Sequence record: PQ551090.1
DNA: 5,370 nucleotides
Strand: one strand, 5' to 3'
DNA from: Escherichia phage GR8
Shown here: in pieces, positions 1-5,370 of the stretch
How positions within the stretch are numbered: position 1 is the stretch's first letter
Layout of the letters: every line of letters begins with the position of its first letter
Position numbers and translations under genes: made by a program
Notes under the pieces: model-generated
The model's database searches: none
What the model was told of the DNA's origin: nothing
Seen by the model: only the letters and a program-made list of their open reading frames with translations

Positions 1-1175
1 TCGCTGGCGATTCCTTCGAGATGGACGCCGTTGGCGCTCTCCGTCTTTCTCCATTGCGTCGTGGCCTTGCTATTGACTCTACTGTAGATATTTTTACTTT
101 TTATGTCCCTCATCGTCATGTTTATGGTGAACAGTGGATTAAGTTTATGAAGGATGGCGTTAACGCTTCTCCTCTTCCGACCGTTAACACTACTGGTTAT
201 ATTGACCATGCTGCTTTTCTTGGCACGATTAACCCTGATACCAATAAAATTCCTAAGCATTTGTTTCAGGGTTATTTGAATATCTATAACAACTATTTTA
301 AAGCGCCGTGGATGCCTGACCGCACCGAGGCTAACCCTAATGAGCTTAATGAAGATGATGTCCGTTATGGTTTCCGTTGCTGCCATCTTAAAAACATTTG
401 GACTGCTCCGCTTCCTCCTGAGACTGAGCTTTCTCGCCAAATGACGACTTCTACTACTTCTATTGACATTATGGGTCTGCAAGCTGCTTATGCTAATTTG
501 CATACTGACCAAGAACGTGATTACTTCATGCAGCGTTACCGTGATGTTATTTCTTCATTTGGAGGTAAAACCTCTTATGACGCTGACAACCGTCCTTTAC
601 TTGTCATGCGCTCTAATTTCTGGGCATCTGGCTATGATGTTGATGGAACTGACCAAACGTCGTTAGGCCAGTTTTCTGGTCGTGTTCAACAGACCTATAA
701 ACATTCTGTGCCGCGTTTTTTTGTTCCTGAGCACGGCACTATGTTTACTCTTGTGCTTGTTCGTTTTCCGCCTACTGCGACTAAAGAGATTCAGTACCTT
801 AATGCTAAAGGTGCTTTGACTTATACCGATATTGCTGGCGACCCTGCTTTGTATGGCAACTTGCCGCCGCGTGAAATTTCCATGAAGGATGTTTTCCGTT
901 CTGGTGATTCTTCTAAGAAGTTTAAGATTGCTGAGGGTCAATGGTATCGTTATGCGCCTTCTTATGTTTCTCCTGCATATCACCTCCTTGAAGGCTTCCC
1001 ATTTATTCAGGAACCGCCTTCTGGTGATTTGCAAGAACGCGTGCTTATTCGCCATCATGACTATGACCAGTGTTTCCAGTCCGTTCAGCTGTTGCAGTGG
1101 AATAGTCAGGTTAAATTTAATGTGACCGTTTATCGCAATCTGCCGACCACTCGCGATTCAATCATGACTTCGTGA
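1..1175 (+). CDS. F: Major capsid protein F, C-terminal 390 codons (5'-truncated at window edge; reading phase begins at nt 3; continues from the 5' piece at 5278..5370 across the circular junction)
   Basis: Open frame from window edge to TAA/TGA at 1173-1175; translation (…DSFEMDAVGALRLSPLRRGLAIDSTVDIFTFYVPHRHVYGEQWIKFMKDG…RDSIMTS) recognised as phiX174-type gpF; 31 + 5 missing + 1 + 390 codons = 427 aa, the known F length. Confidence 0.95.
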   Translation, partial: AGDSFEMDAVGALRLSPLRRGLAIDSTVDIFTFYVPHRHVYGEQWIKFMKDGVNASPLPTVNTTGYIDHAAFLGTINPDTNKIPKHLFQGYLNIYNNYFKAPWMPDRTEANPNELNEDDVRYGFRCCHLKNIWTAPLPPETELSRQMTTSTTSIDIMGLQAAYANLHTDQERDYFMQRYRDVISSFGGKTSYDADNRPLLVMRSNFWASGYDVDGTDQTSLGQFSGRVQQTYKHSVPRFFVPEHGTMFTLVLVRFPPTATKEIQYLNAKGALTYTDIAGDPALYGNLPPREISMKDVFRSGDSSKKFKIAEGQWYRYAPSYVSPAYHLLEGFPFIQEPPSGDLQERVLIRHHDYDQCFQSVQLLQWNSQVKFNVTVYRNLPTTRDSIMTS

Positions 1176-1285
1176 TAAAAGATTGAGTGTGAGGTTATAA
1201 CGCCGAAGCGGTAAAAATTTTAATTTTTGCCGCTGAGGGGTTGACCAAGCGAAGCGCGGTAGGTTTTCTGCTTAGGAGTTTAATC
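1176..1285 (+). promoter_or_regulatory. F-G intergenic region with AT-rich near-perfect hairpin (about 1207-1234, agcggtaaaaatt / aatttttgccgct); corresponds to the phiX174 complementary-strand origin / PriA (n-prime) primosome assembly site, and probably the weak post-F terminator/mRNA-stabilising hairpin
   Basis: Inverted repeat read directly from sequence; position between F stop and G start matches the known location of the phiX174 n-prime recognition site (established knowledge). Exact site boundaries not determined. Confidence 0.6.
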
Positions 1286-1813
1286 ATGTTTCAGACTTTT
1301 ATTTCTCGCCATAATTCAAACTTTTTTTCTGATAAGCTGGTTGCTAGTTCTGTCACTCCAGCTTCTTTAGCACCCGTTTTACAGACACCTAAAGCTACAT
1401 CGTCAACGTTATATTTTGATAGTTTGACGGTTAATGCTGGTAATGGTGGTTTTCTTCATTGCATTCAGATGGATACATCTGTCAACGCCGCTAATCAGGT
1501 TGTTTCTGTTGGTGCTGATATTGCTTTTGATGCCGACCCTAAATTTTTTGCCTGTTTGGTTCGCTTTGAGTCTTCTTCGGTTCCGACTACCCTTCCGACT
1601 GCCTATGATGTTTATCCTTTGGATGGTCGCCATGATGGTGGTTATTATACCGTCAAGGACTGTGTGACTATTGACGTCCTTCCCCGTACGCCGGGCAATA
1701 ATGTTTATGTTGGTTTCATGGTTTGGTCTAACTTTACCGTTACTAAATGCCGCGGATTGGTTTCGCTGAATCAGGTTATTAAAGAGATTATTTGTCTCCA
1801 GCCACTTAAGTGA
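1286..1813 (+). CDS. G: Major spike protein G (175 aa)
   Basis: ATG at 1286 preceded by AGGAG (1274-1278, 7-nt spacing); stop TGA 1811-1813; translation [19 protein letters not shown]… recognised as phiX174 gpG; length matches. The six-frame track starts at an upstream in-frame TTG (1241) that lacks an RBS. Confidence 0.95.
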   Translation: MFQTFISRHNSNFFSDKLVASSVTPASLAPVLQTPKATSSTLYFDSLTVNAGNGGFLHCIQMDTSVNAANQVVSVGADIAFDADPKFFACLVRFESSSVPTTLPTAYDVYPLDGRHDGGYYTVKDCVTIDVLPRTPGNNVYVGFMVWSNFTVTKCRGLVSLNQVIKEIICLQPLK

Positions 1814-1821
1814 GGTGATTT

Positions 1822-2808
1822 ATGTTTGGTGCTATTGCTGGCGGTATTGCCTCTGCTCTTGCTGGCGGCGCCATGTCTAAATTGTTTGGAGGCGGTCAAA
1901 AAGCCGCCTCCGGTGGCATTCAAGGTGATGTGCTTGCTACCGATAACAATACTGTAGGCATGGGTGATGCTGGTATTAAATCTGCCATTCAAGGCTCTAA
2001 TGTTCCCAACCCTGATGAGGCCGCACCTAATTTTGTTTCTGGTGCTATGGCTAAAGCTGGTAAAGGACTTCTTGAAGGTACGTTGCAGGCTGGCACTTCT
2101 GCCGTTTCTGATAAGTTGCTTGATTTGGTTGGACTTGGTGGCAAGTCTGTCGCTGATAAAGGAAAGGATACTCGTGATTATCTTGCTGCTGCATTTCCTG
2201 AGCTTAATGCTTGGGAGCGTGCTGGTGCTGGTGCTTCCTCTGCTGGTATGGTTGACGCCGGATTTGAGAATCAAAAAGAGCTTACTAAAATGCAACTGGA
2301 CAATCAGAAAGAGGTTGCCGAGATGCAAAATGAGACTCAAAAAGAGATTGCTGGCATTCAGTCGGCGACTTCACGCCAGAATACGAAAGACCAGGTATAT
2401 GCACAAAATGAGATGCTTGCTTATCAACAGAAGGAGTCTACTGCTCGCGTTGCGTCTATTATGGAAAATACTAATCTTTCCAAGCAACAGCAGGTTTCCG
2501 AGATTATGCGCCAGATGCTTACCCAAGCTCAAACGGCTGGTCAGTATTTTACCAATGACCAAATCAAAGAACTGACACGCAAGGTTAGTGCTGAGGTTGA
2601 CTTAGTTCATCAGCAAACGCAGAATCAGCGGTATGGTTCTTCTCATATTGGCGCTACTGCAAAGGATATTTCTAATGTCGTCACTGATGCTGCTTCTGGT
2701 GTGGTTGATATTTTTCATGGTATTGATAAAGCTGTTGCCGATACTTGGAACAATTTCTGGAAAGACGGTAAAGCTGATGGTATTGGCTCTAATTTGTCTA
2801 GGAAGTAA
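1822..2808 (+). CDS. H: Minor spike / DNA pilot protein H (328 aa)
   Basis: ATG at 1822 with GAGG 1812-1815 overlapping the G stop; glycine-rich N-terminus [25 protein letters not shown]… and Q-rich central region typical of phiX174 gpH; length matches. Confidence 0.95.
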   Translation: MFGAIAGGIASALAGGAMSKLFGGGQKAASGGIQGDVLATDNNTVGMGDAGIKSAIQGSNVPNPDEAAPNFVSGAMAKAGKGLLEGTLQAGTSAVSDKLLDLVGLGGKSVADKGKDTRDYLAAAFPELNAWERAGAGASSAGMVDAGFENQKELTKMQLDNQKEVAEMQNETQKEIAGIQSATSRQNTKDQVYAQNEMLAYQQKESTARVASIMENTNLSKQQQVSEIMRQMLTQAQTAGQYFTNDQIKELTRKVSAEVDLVHQQTQNQRYGSSHIGATAKDISNVVTDAASGVVDIFHGIDKAVADTWNNFWKDGKADGIGSNLSRK

Positions 2809-2812
2809 CCGT

Positions 2813-2846
2813 CAGGATTGACACCTTTCTAATTGTATGATTTCAT
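2813..2846 (+). promoter_or_regulatory. Putative gene A promoter (P_A) region; perfect -35 hexamer TTGACA at 2818-2823, -10 element not confidently assigned (candidates TATGAT 2836-2841, TTTCAT 2841-2846)
   Basis: TTGACA seen directly in the H-A intergenic spacer; phiX174 is known to have a promoter for A here. Spacing to the candidate -10 hexamers is non-ideal, so the exact elements are uncertain. Confidence 0.5.
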
Positions 2847-2871
2847 GCCTCCAAACTTTGGAGGCTTTTTT
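2847..2871 (+). terminator. Hairpin plus T-run (gcctccaa-act-ttggaggc followed by TTTTTT) immediately upstream of the gene A ATG; intrinsic-terminator-like structure (T_H) whose 3' arm contains the gene A Shine-Dalgarno GGAGG
   Basis: Perfect 7-8 bp inverted repeat 2847-2865 followed by six T (2866-2871), then ATG at 2872; read directly from sequence. Terminator function is inferred from structure and from the known post-H terminator of phiX174. Confidence 0.65.
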
Positions 2872-4413
2872 ATGGTTCGTTCTTATTACCCTTCTGAATG
2901 TCACGCTGATTATTTTGACTTTGAGCGTATTGAGGCTCTTAAACCTGCTATTGAGGCTTGTGGCATTTCTACTCTTTCTCAATCCCCTATGCTTGGCTTC
3001 TATAAGCAGATGGATAACCGCATCAAGCTCTTGGAAGAGATTCTGTCTTTTCGTATGCAGGGCGTTGAGTTCGATAATGGTGATATGTATGTTGACGGCC
3101 ATAAAGCTGCTTCTGATGTTCGTGACGAGTTTGTATCTGTTACTGAGAAGTTAATGGATGAATTGGCACAATGCTACAATGTGCTCCCCCAACTTGATAT
3201 TAATAACACTATAGACCACCGCCCCGAAGGGGACGAAAAATGGTTTTTAGAGAACGAGAAGACGGTTACGCAGTTTTGCCGTAAGCTGGCTGCTGAACGC
3301 CCTCTTAAGGATATTCGCGATGAGTATAATTACCTCAAAAAGAAAGGTATTAAGGATGAGTGTTCAAGATTGCTGGAGGCCTCCACTATGAAATCGCGTA
3401 GAGGCTTCACTATTCAGCGTTTGATGAATGCAATGCGCCAGGCTCATGCCGATGGTTGGTTTATCGTTTTTGACACTCTCACGTTGGCTGACGACCGATT
3501 AGAGGCGTTTTATGATAACCCCAATGCTTTGCGTGACTATTTTCGTGATATTGGTCGTATGGTTCTTGCTGCCGAGGGTCGCAAGGCTAATGACTCACAC
3601 GCTGACTGCTATCAGTATTTTTGTGTGCCTGAGTATGGTACAGCTAATGGCCGTCTTCATTTCCATGCGGTGCACTTTATGCGGACACTTCCTTCAGGTA
3701 GCGTTGACCCTAATTTTGGTCGTCGGGTACGCAATCGCCGCCAGTTAAATAGCTTGCAAAATACGTGGCCTTATGGTTACAGTATGCCCATCGCAGTTCG
3801 CTACACGCAGGACGCCTTTTCACGTTCTGGTTGGTTGTGGCCTGTTGATGCTAAAGGTGAGCCGCTTAAAGCCACCAGTTATATGGCTGTTGGTTTCTAT
3901 GTGGCTAAATATGTTAACAAAAAGTCAGATATGGACCTTGCTGCTAAAGGTCTAGGAGCTAAAGAATGGAACAACTCACTAAAAACCAAGCTGTCGCTAC
4001 TTCCCAAGAAGCTGTTCAGAATCAGAATGAGCCGCAACTTCGGGATGAAAATGCTCACAATGACAAATCTGTCCATGGAATGCTTAATCCAACTTACCAA
4101 GCTGGGTTACGACGCGACGCCGTTCAACCAGATATTGAAGCAGAACGCAAAAAGAGAGATGAGATTGAGGCTGGCAAAAGTTACTGTAGCCGACGTTTTG
4201 GCGGCGCAACCTGTGACGACAAATCTGCTCAAATTTATGCGCGCTTCGATAAAAATGATTGGCGTATCCAACCTGCAGAGTTTTATCGCTTCCATGACGC
4301 AGAAGTTAACACTTTCGGATATTTCTGATGAGTCGAAAAATTATCTTGATAAAGCAGGAATTACTACTGCTTGTTTACGAATTAAATCGAAGTGGACTGC
4401 TGGCGGAAAATGA
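2872..4413 (+). CDS. A: Replication initiation protein A (rolling-circle endonuclease/ligase, 513 aa)
   Basis: ATG at 2872 preceded by GGAGG (2860-2864); stop TGA 4411-4413; translation [31 protein letters not shown]… recognised as phiX174 gpA; contains the origin nick sequence at 3190-3219; length matches. Track ORF begins at upstream TTG 2833, which falls inside the terminator hairpin region and is not favoured. Confidence 0.95.
   Translation: MVRSYYPSECHADYFDFERIEALKPAIEACGISTLSQSPMLGFYKQMDNRIKLLEEILSFRMQGVEFDNGDMYVDGHKAASDVRDEFVSVTEKLMDELAQCYNVLPQLDINNTIDHRPEGDEKWFLENEKTVTQFCRKLAAERPLKDIRDEYNYLKKKGIKDECSRLLEASTMKSRRGFTIQRLMNAMRQAHADGWFIVFDTLTLADDRLEAFYDNPNALRDYFRDIGRMVLAAEGRKANDSHADCYQYFCVPEYGTANGRLHFHAVHFMRTLPSGSVDPNFGRRVRNRRQLNSLQNTWPYGYSMPIAVRYTQDAFSRSGWLWPVDAKGEPLKATSYMAVGFYVAKYVNKKSDMDLAAKGLGAKEWNNSLKTKLSLLPKKLFRIRMSRNFGMKMLTMTNLSMECLIQLTKLGYDATPFNQILKQNAKREMRLRLAKVTVADVLAAQPVTTNLLKFMRASIKMIGVSNLQSFIASMTQKLTLSDISDESKNYLDKAGITTACLRIKSKWTAGGK
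3190..3219 (+). other. Viral (+) strand origin of replication: conserved 30-nt gpA recognition/nick sequence CAACTTGATATTAATAACACTATAGACCAC; nick expected between G3196 and A3197
   Basis: Exact 30-mer present in the sequence inside gene A; this is the well-characterised phiX174-type origin (established knowledge). Confidence 0.9.
3388..4413 (+). CDS. A*: A* protein (341 aa), in-frame internal translation start within gene A
   Basis: ATG at 3388 in the A frame, preceded by GGAGG (3375-3379, 8-nt spacing); begins [10 protein letters not shown]…; matches known phiX174 A* length and start context. Confidence 0.8.
   Translation: MKSRRGFTIQRLMNAMRQAHADGWFIVFDTLTLADDRLEAFYDNPNALRDYFRDIGRMVLAAEGRKANDSHADCYQYFCVPEYGTANGRLHFHAVHFMRTLPSGSVDPNFGRRVRNRRQLNSLQNTWPYGYSMPIAVRYTQDAFSRSGWLWPVDAKGEPLKATSYMAVGFYVAKYVNKKSDMDLAAKGLGAKEWNNSLKTKLSLLPKKLFRIRMSRNFGMKMLTMTNLSMECLIQLTKLGYDATPFNQILKQNAKREMRLRLAKVTVADVLAAQPVTTNLLKFMRASIKMIGVSNLQSFIASMTQKLTLSDISDESKNYLDKAGITTACLRIKSKWTAGGK
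3750..3790 (+). promoter_or_regulatory. Putative gene B promoter (P_B) inside gene A; candidate -35 TTGCAA (3754-3759) and -10 TACAGT (3778-3783), 18-nt spacer
   Basis: Hexamers read from sequence; phiX174 is known to have a promoter for B within A upstream of the B start, but the exact position recalled from memory is approximate. Confidence 0.3.
3966..4328 (+). CDS. B: Internal scaffolding protein B (120 aa), encoded entirely within gene A in a different reading frame
   Basis: ATG at 3966 preceded by AGGAG (3954-3958, 7-nt spacing); translation [120 protein letters not shown] recognised as gpB; stop TGA 4326-4328. Confidence 0.95.
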   Translation: MEQLTKNQAVATSQEAVQNQNEPQLRDENAHNDKSVHGMLNPTYQAGLRRDAVQPDIEAERKKRDEIEAGKSYCSRRFGGATCDDKSAQIYARFDKNDWRIQPAEFYRFHDAEVNTFGYF

Positions 4414-4498
4414 GAAAATTCGACCTATCCTTGCGCAGCTCGAGAAGCTCTTACTTTGCGACCTTTCGCCATCAACTAACGATTCTGTCAAAAACTGA
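4328..4498 (+). CDS. K: Protein K (56 aa), small protein overlapping the 3' end of A and the 5' part of C
   Basis: ATG at 4328 shares its A with the B stop codon (TGATG); open frame of 56 codons to TGA 4496-4498 ([56 protein letters not shown]); matches phiX174 K in position and length. Absent from the ORF track only because it is under 60 aa. Confidence 0.85.
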   Translation: MSRKIILIKQELLLLVYELNRSGLLAENEKIRPILAQLEKLLLCDLSPSTNDSVKN

Positions 4499-4670
4499 CG
4501 CGTTGGATGAGGAGAAGTGGCTTAATATGCTTGGCACGTTCGTCAAGGACTGGTTTAGATATGAGTCACATTTTGTTCACGGTAGAGATTCTCTTGTTGA
4601 CATTTTAAAAGAGCGTGGATTACTATCTGAGTCCGATGCTGTTCAACCACTAATAGGTAAAAAATCATGA
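4410..4670 (+). CDS. C: Protein C (86 aa), DNA maturation / switch from dsDNA to ssDNA synthesis
   Basis: ATG at 4410 overlaps the A stop codon (ATGA, 4410-4413); stop TGA 4668-4670; translation [86 protein letters not shown]; track ORF begins at an upstream in-frame GTG (4392). Confidence 0.9.
   Translation: MRKFDLSLRSSRSSYFATFRHQLTILSKTDALDEEKWLNMLGTFVKDWFRYESHFVHGRDSLVDILKERGLLSESDAVQPLIGKKS
4597..4635 (+). promoter_or_regulatory. Gene D promoter (P_D) inside gene C: -35 TTGACA (4597-4602), -10 TACTAT (4621-4626), 18-nt spacer, predicted start about 4633-4635
   Basis: Consensus -35 and good -10 read directly; the predicted start coincides with the recalled phiX174 D-transcript start once window coordinates are converted using the F/A/D gene anchors. 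Confidence 0.7.
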
Positions 4671-5125
4671 GTCAAGTTACTGAACAATCCGTACGTTTCC
4701 AGACCGCGCTGGCCTCCATTAAGCTGATTCAGGCTTCTGCCGTTTTGGATTTAACCGAAGATGATTTCGATTTTCTGACGAGTAACAAGGTTTGGATCGC
4801 CACTGACCGCTCTCGTGCTCGTCGCTGCGTTGAGGCTTGCGTTTATGGTACGCTGGACTTTGTGGGATATCCTCGCTTTCCTGCTCCTGTTGAGTTTATT
4901 GCTGCCGTCATTGCTTATTATGTTCATCCCGTCAACATTCAAACGGCCTGTCTCATCATGGAAGGCGCTGAATTTACGGAAAACATTATTAATGGCGTCG
5001 AGCGTCCGGTTAAAGCCGCTGAGTTGTTCGCGTTTACCTTGCGTGTACGCGCAGGAAACACTGACGTTCTTACTGACGCAGAAGAAAATGTGCGTCAAAA
5101 ATTACGCGCAGAAGGAGTGATGTAA
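4667..5125 (+). CDS. D: External scaffolding protein D (152 aa)
   Basis: ATG at 4667 overlaps the C stop (ATGA, 4667-4670); stop TAA 5123-5125 overlaps the J start (TAATG); translation [152 protein letters not shown] recognised as gpD. Confidence 0.95.
   Translation: MSQVTEQSVRFQTALASIKLIQASAVLDLTEDDFDFLTSNKVWIATDRSRARRCVEACVYGTLDFVGYPRFPAPVEFIAAVIAYYVHPVNIQTACLIMEGAEFTENIINGVERPVKAAELFAFTLRVRAGNTDVLTDAEENVRQKLRAEGVM
4845..5120 (+). CDS. E: Lysis protein E (91 aa; single-gene lysis protein, inhibitor of host MraY), encoded within gene D in the +1 frame
   Basis: ATG at 4845 with GAGG 4832-4835 upstream; N-terminal hydrophobic segment MVRWTLWDILAFLLLLSLLLPSLLIMFIPSTF… recognised as phiX174-type E; stop at 5118-5120; track ORF starts at an upstream in-frame ATG (4815), but the known E start is the MVRW methionine. 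Confidence 0.9.
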   Translation: MVRWTLWDILAFLLLLSLLLPSLLIMFIPSTFKRPVSSWKALNLRKTLLMASSVRLKPLSCSRLPCVYAQETLTFLLTQKKMCVKNYAQKE

Positions 5126-5241
5126 TGTCTAAAGGTAAAAAACGTTCTGGCGCTCGCCCCGGTCGTCCGCAGCCGTTGCGAGGCACTAAAGGTAAGCGTA
5201 AAGGCGCTCGCCTTTGGTATGTAGGTGGTCAACAATTTTAA
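5125..5241 (+). CDS. J: Small basic DNA-binding / packaging protein J (38 aa)
   Basis: ATG at 5125 preceded by AGGAG (5113-5117, 7-nt spacing); highly basic translation MSKGKKRSGARPGRPQPLRGTKGKRKGARLWYVGGQQF; stop TAA 5239-5241. Below the 60-aa cutoff of the ORF track. Confidence 0.9.
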   Translation: MSKGKKRSGARPGRPQPLRGTKGKRKGARLWYVGGQQF

Positions 5242-5245
5242 TTGC

Positions 5246-5261
5246 AGGGGCTTCGGCCCCT
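5246..5261 (+). terminator. J-F intergenic hairpin AGGGGC-UUCG-GCCCCU (6-bp GC stem closed on a C(UUCG)G tetraloop); corresponds to the weak post-J terminator / mRNA-stabilising hairpin of phiX174
   Basis: Perfect inverted repeat with TTCG loop seen directly; no downstream T-run (followed by TACTTGAGG, where GAGG 5267-5270 is the F Shine-Dalgarno). Terminator efficiency inferred to be low. Confidence 0.6.
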
Positions 5262-5277
5262 TACTTGAGGATAAATT

Positions 5278-5370
5278 ATGTCTAATGTTCAAACTGGCGC
5301 CGAGCGTATGCCGCATGACCTTTCTCATCTTGGCTTCCTTGCTGGTCAGATTGGTCGTCTTATTACCATT
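5278..5370 (+). CDS. F: Major capsid protein F, N-terminal 31 codons (3'-truncated at window edge; continues at nt 1 after the circular junction)
   Basis: ATG at 5278 preceded by GAGG (5267-5270, 7-nt spacing); translation MSNVQTGAERMPHDLSHLGFLAGQIGRLITI matches the gpF N-terminus. Confidence 0.9.
   Translation, partial: MSNVQTGAERMPHDLSHLGFLAGQIGRLITI

Noticed and set aside
663-1058. Minus-strand ORFs (663..1058, 1409..1633, 1771..2340, 2371..2562, 2812..3102, 3897..4100, 4107..4295, 4751..5098, 5095..5328) as possible antisense genes
   Set aside because: All lie antisense to recognised phiX174 genes. The phage is known to be transcribed from one strand only. None has a convincing Shine-Dalgarno sequence at the expected spacing. 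Their translations are low-complexity and R/K/N/S/I-rich, as expected for the reverse complement of T-rich codon-biased genes.
1964-2575. Long + strand alternate-frame ORFs inside H (1964..2575, 203 aa), A (2837..3154, 3512..3748, 3773..3955), F (463..666, 889..1125), G (1434..1667), H/A (2633..2821) and D (4815..5120 upstream portion) as possible additional overlapping genes
   Set aside because: The translations are Leu/Phe/Ile-rich hydrophobic strings, which is what off-frame reading of a T-rich genome produces. No RBS is seen at their starts and they do not match any known phiX174 product; the genuine overlapping genes (B, K, E, A*) are already accounted for. Ribosome profiling could revisit this, but the sequence alone gives no support.
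2833-2871. Upstream in-frame alternative starts proposed by the ORF track (TTG 2833 for A, TTG 1241 for G, GTG 4392 for C, ATG 4815 for E)
   Set aside because: Each extension lacks a Shine-Dalgarno sequence, and some run through terminator or hairpin structure. The downstream ATGs have proper RBS spacing and reproduce the known protein lengths (513, 175, 86, 91 aa).
16-5355. Window junction as a possible deletion or rearrangement in gene F
   Set aside because: The two F fragments are in compatible phase and the apparent 16-nt gap is most simply an artefact of how a circular genome was linearised or windowed, not a biological deletion. It cannot be distinguished from a real 16-nt loss (which would frameshift F) without the source contig.
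1-5370. A novel defence, toxin-antitoxin, CRISPR or mobile-element system
   Set aside because: Every segment of the window is explained by the canonical microvirus gene set and its known regulatory elements. There are no repeat arrays, no tRNA or rRNA-like structure, no transposase or integrase-like ORF, and no unexplained intergenic space (the largest spacer is 110 nt).

Overview
This window is a nearly complete, circularly permuted genome of a phiX174-like microvirus (Microviridae, Bullavirinae), not a novel system. All eleven canonical genes lie on the + strand in the known order: F (3' part) - G - H - A/A*/B/K - C - D/E - J - F (5' part). The window opens and closes inside gene F; the two F pieces fit in frame if about 16 nt (5 codons plus 1 nt) are missing at the junction, implying a circle of about 5386 nt. 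Known landmarks are readable directly: the 30-bp origin/gpA nick sequence inside gene A, a perfect TTGACA -35 ahead of the D promoter, a TTGACA in the H-A spacer, a hairpin plus T-run immediately before the A start codon, an AT-rich hairpin in the F-G spacer and a UUCG-tetraloop hairpin in the J-F spacer. Coding density is extreme, with B inside A, E inside D, K bridging A and C, and 1-4 nt start/stop overlaps. No tRNA, rRNA, CRISPR, IS element or minus-strand gene is supported. From memory of the reference, the sequence seems to carry scattered substitutions (several in F, G, H and the H-A spacer), so it may be a close relative or variant (e.g. S13-like or a wild/evolved isolate); only an alignment can confirm this. 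Gene identifications rest on recognising the sequences and on ORF lengths matching the known protein sizes; no search was run.
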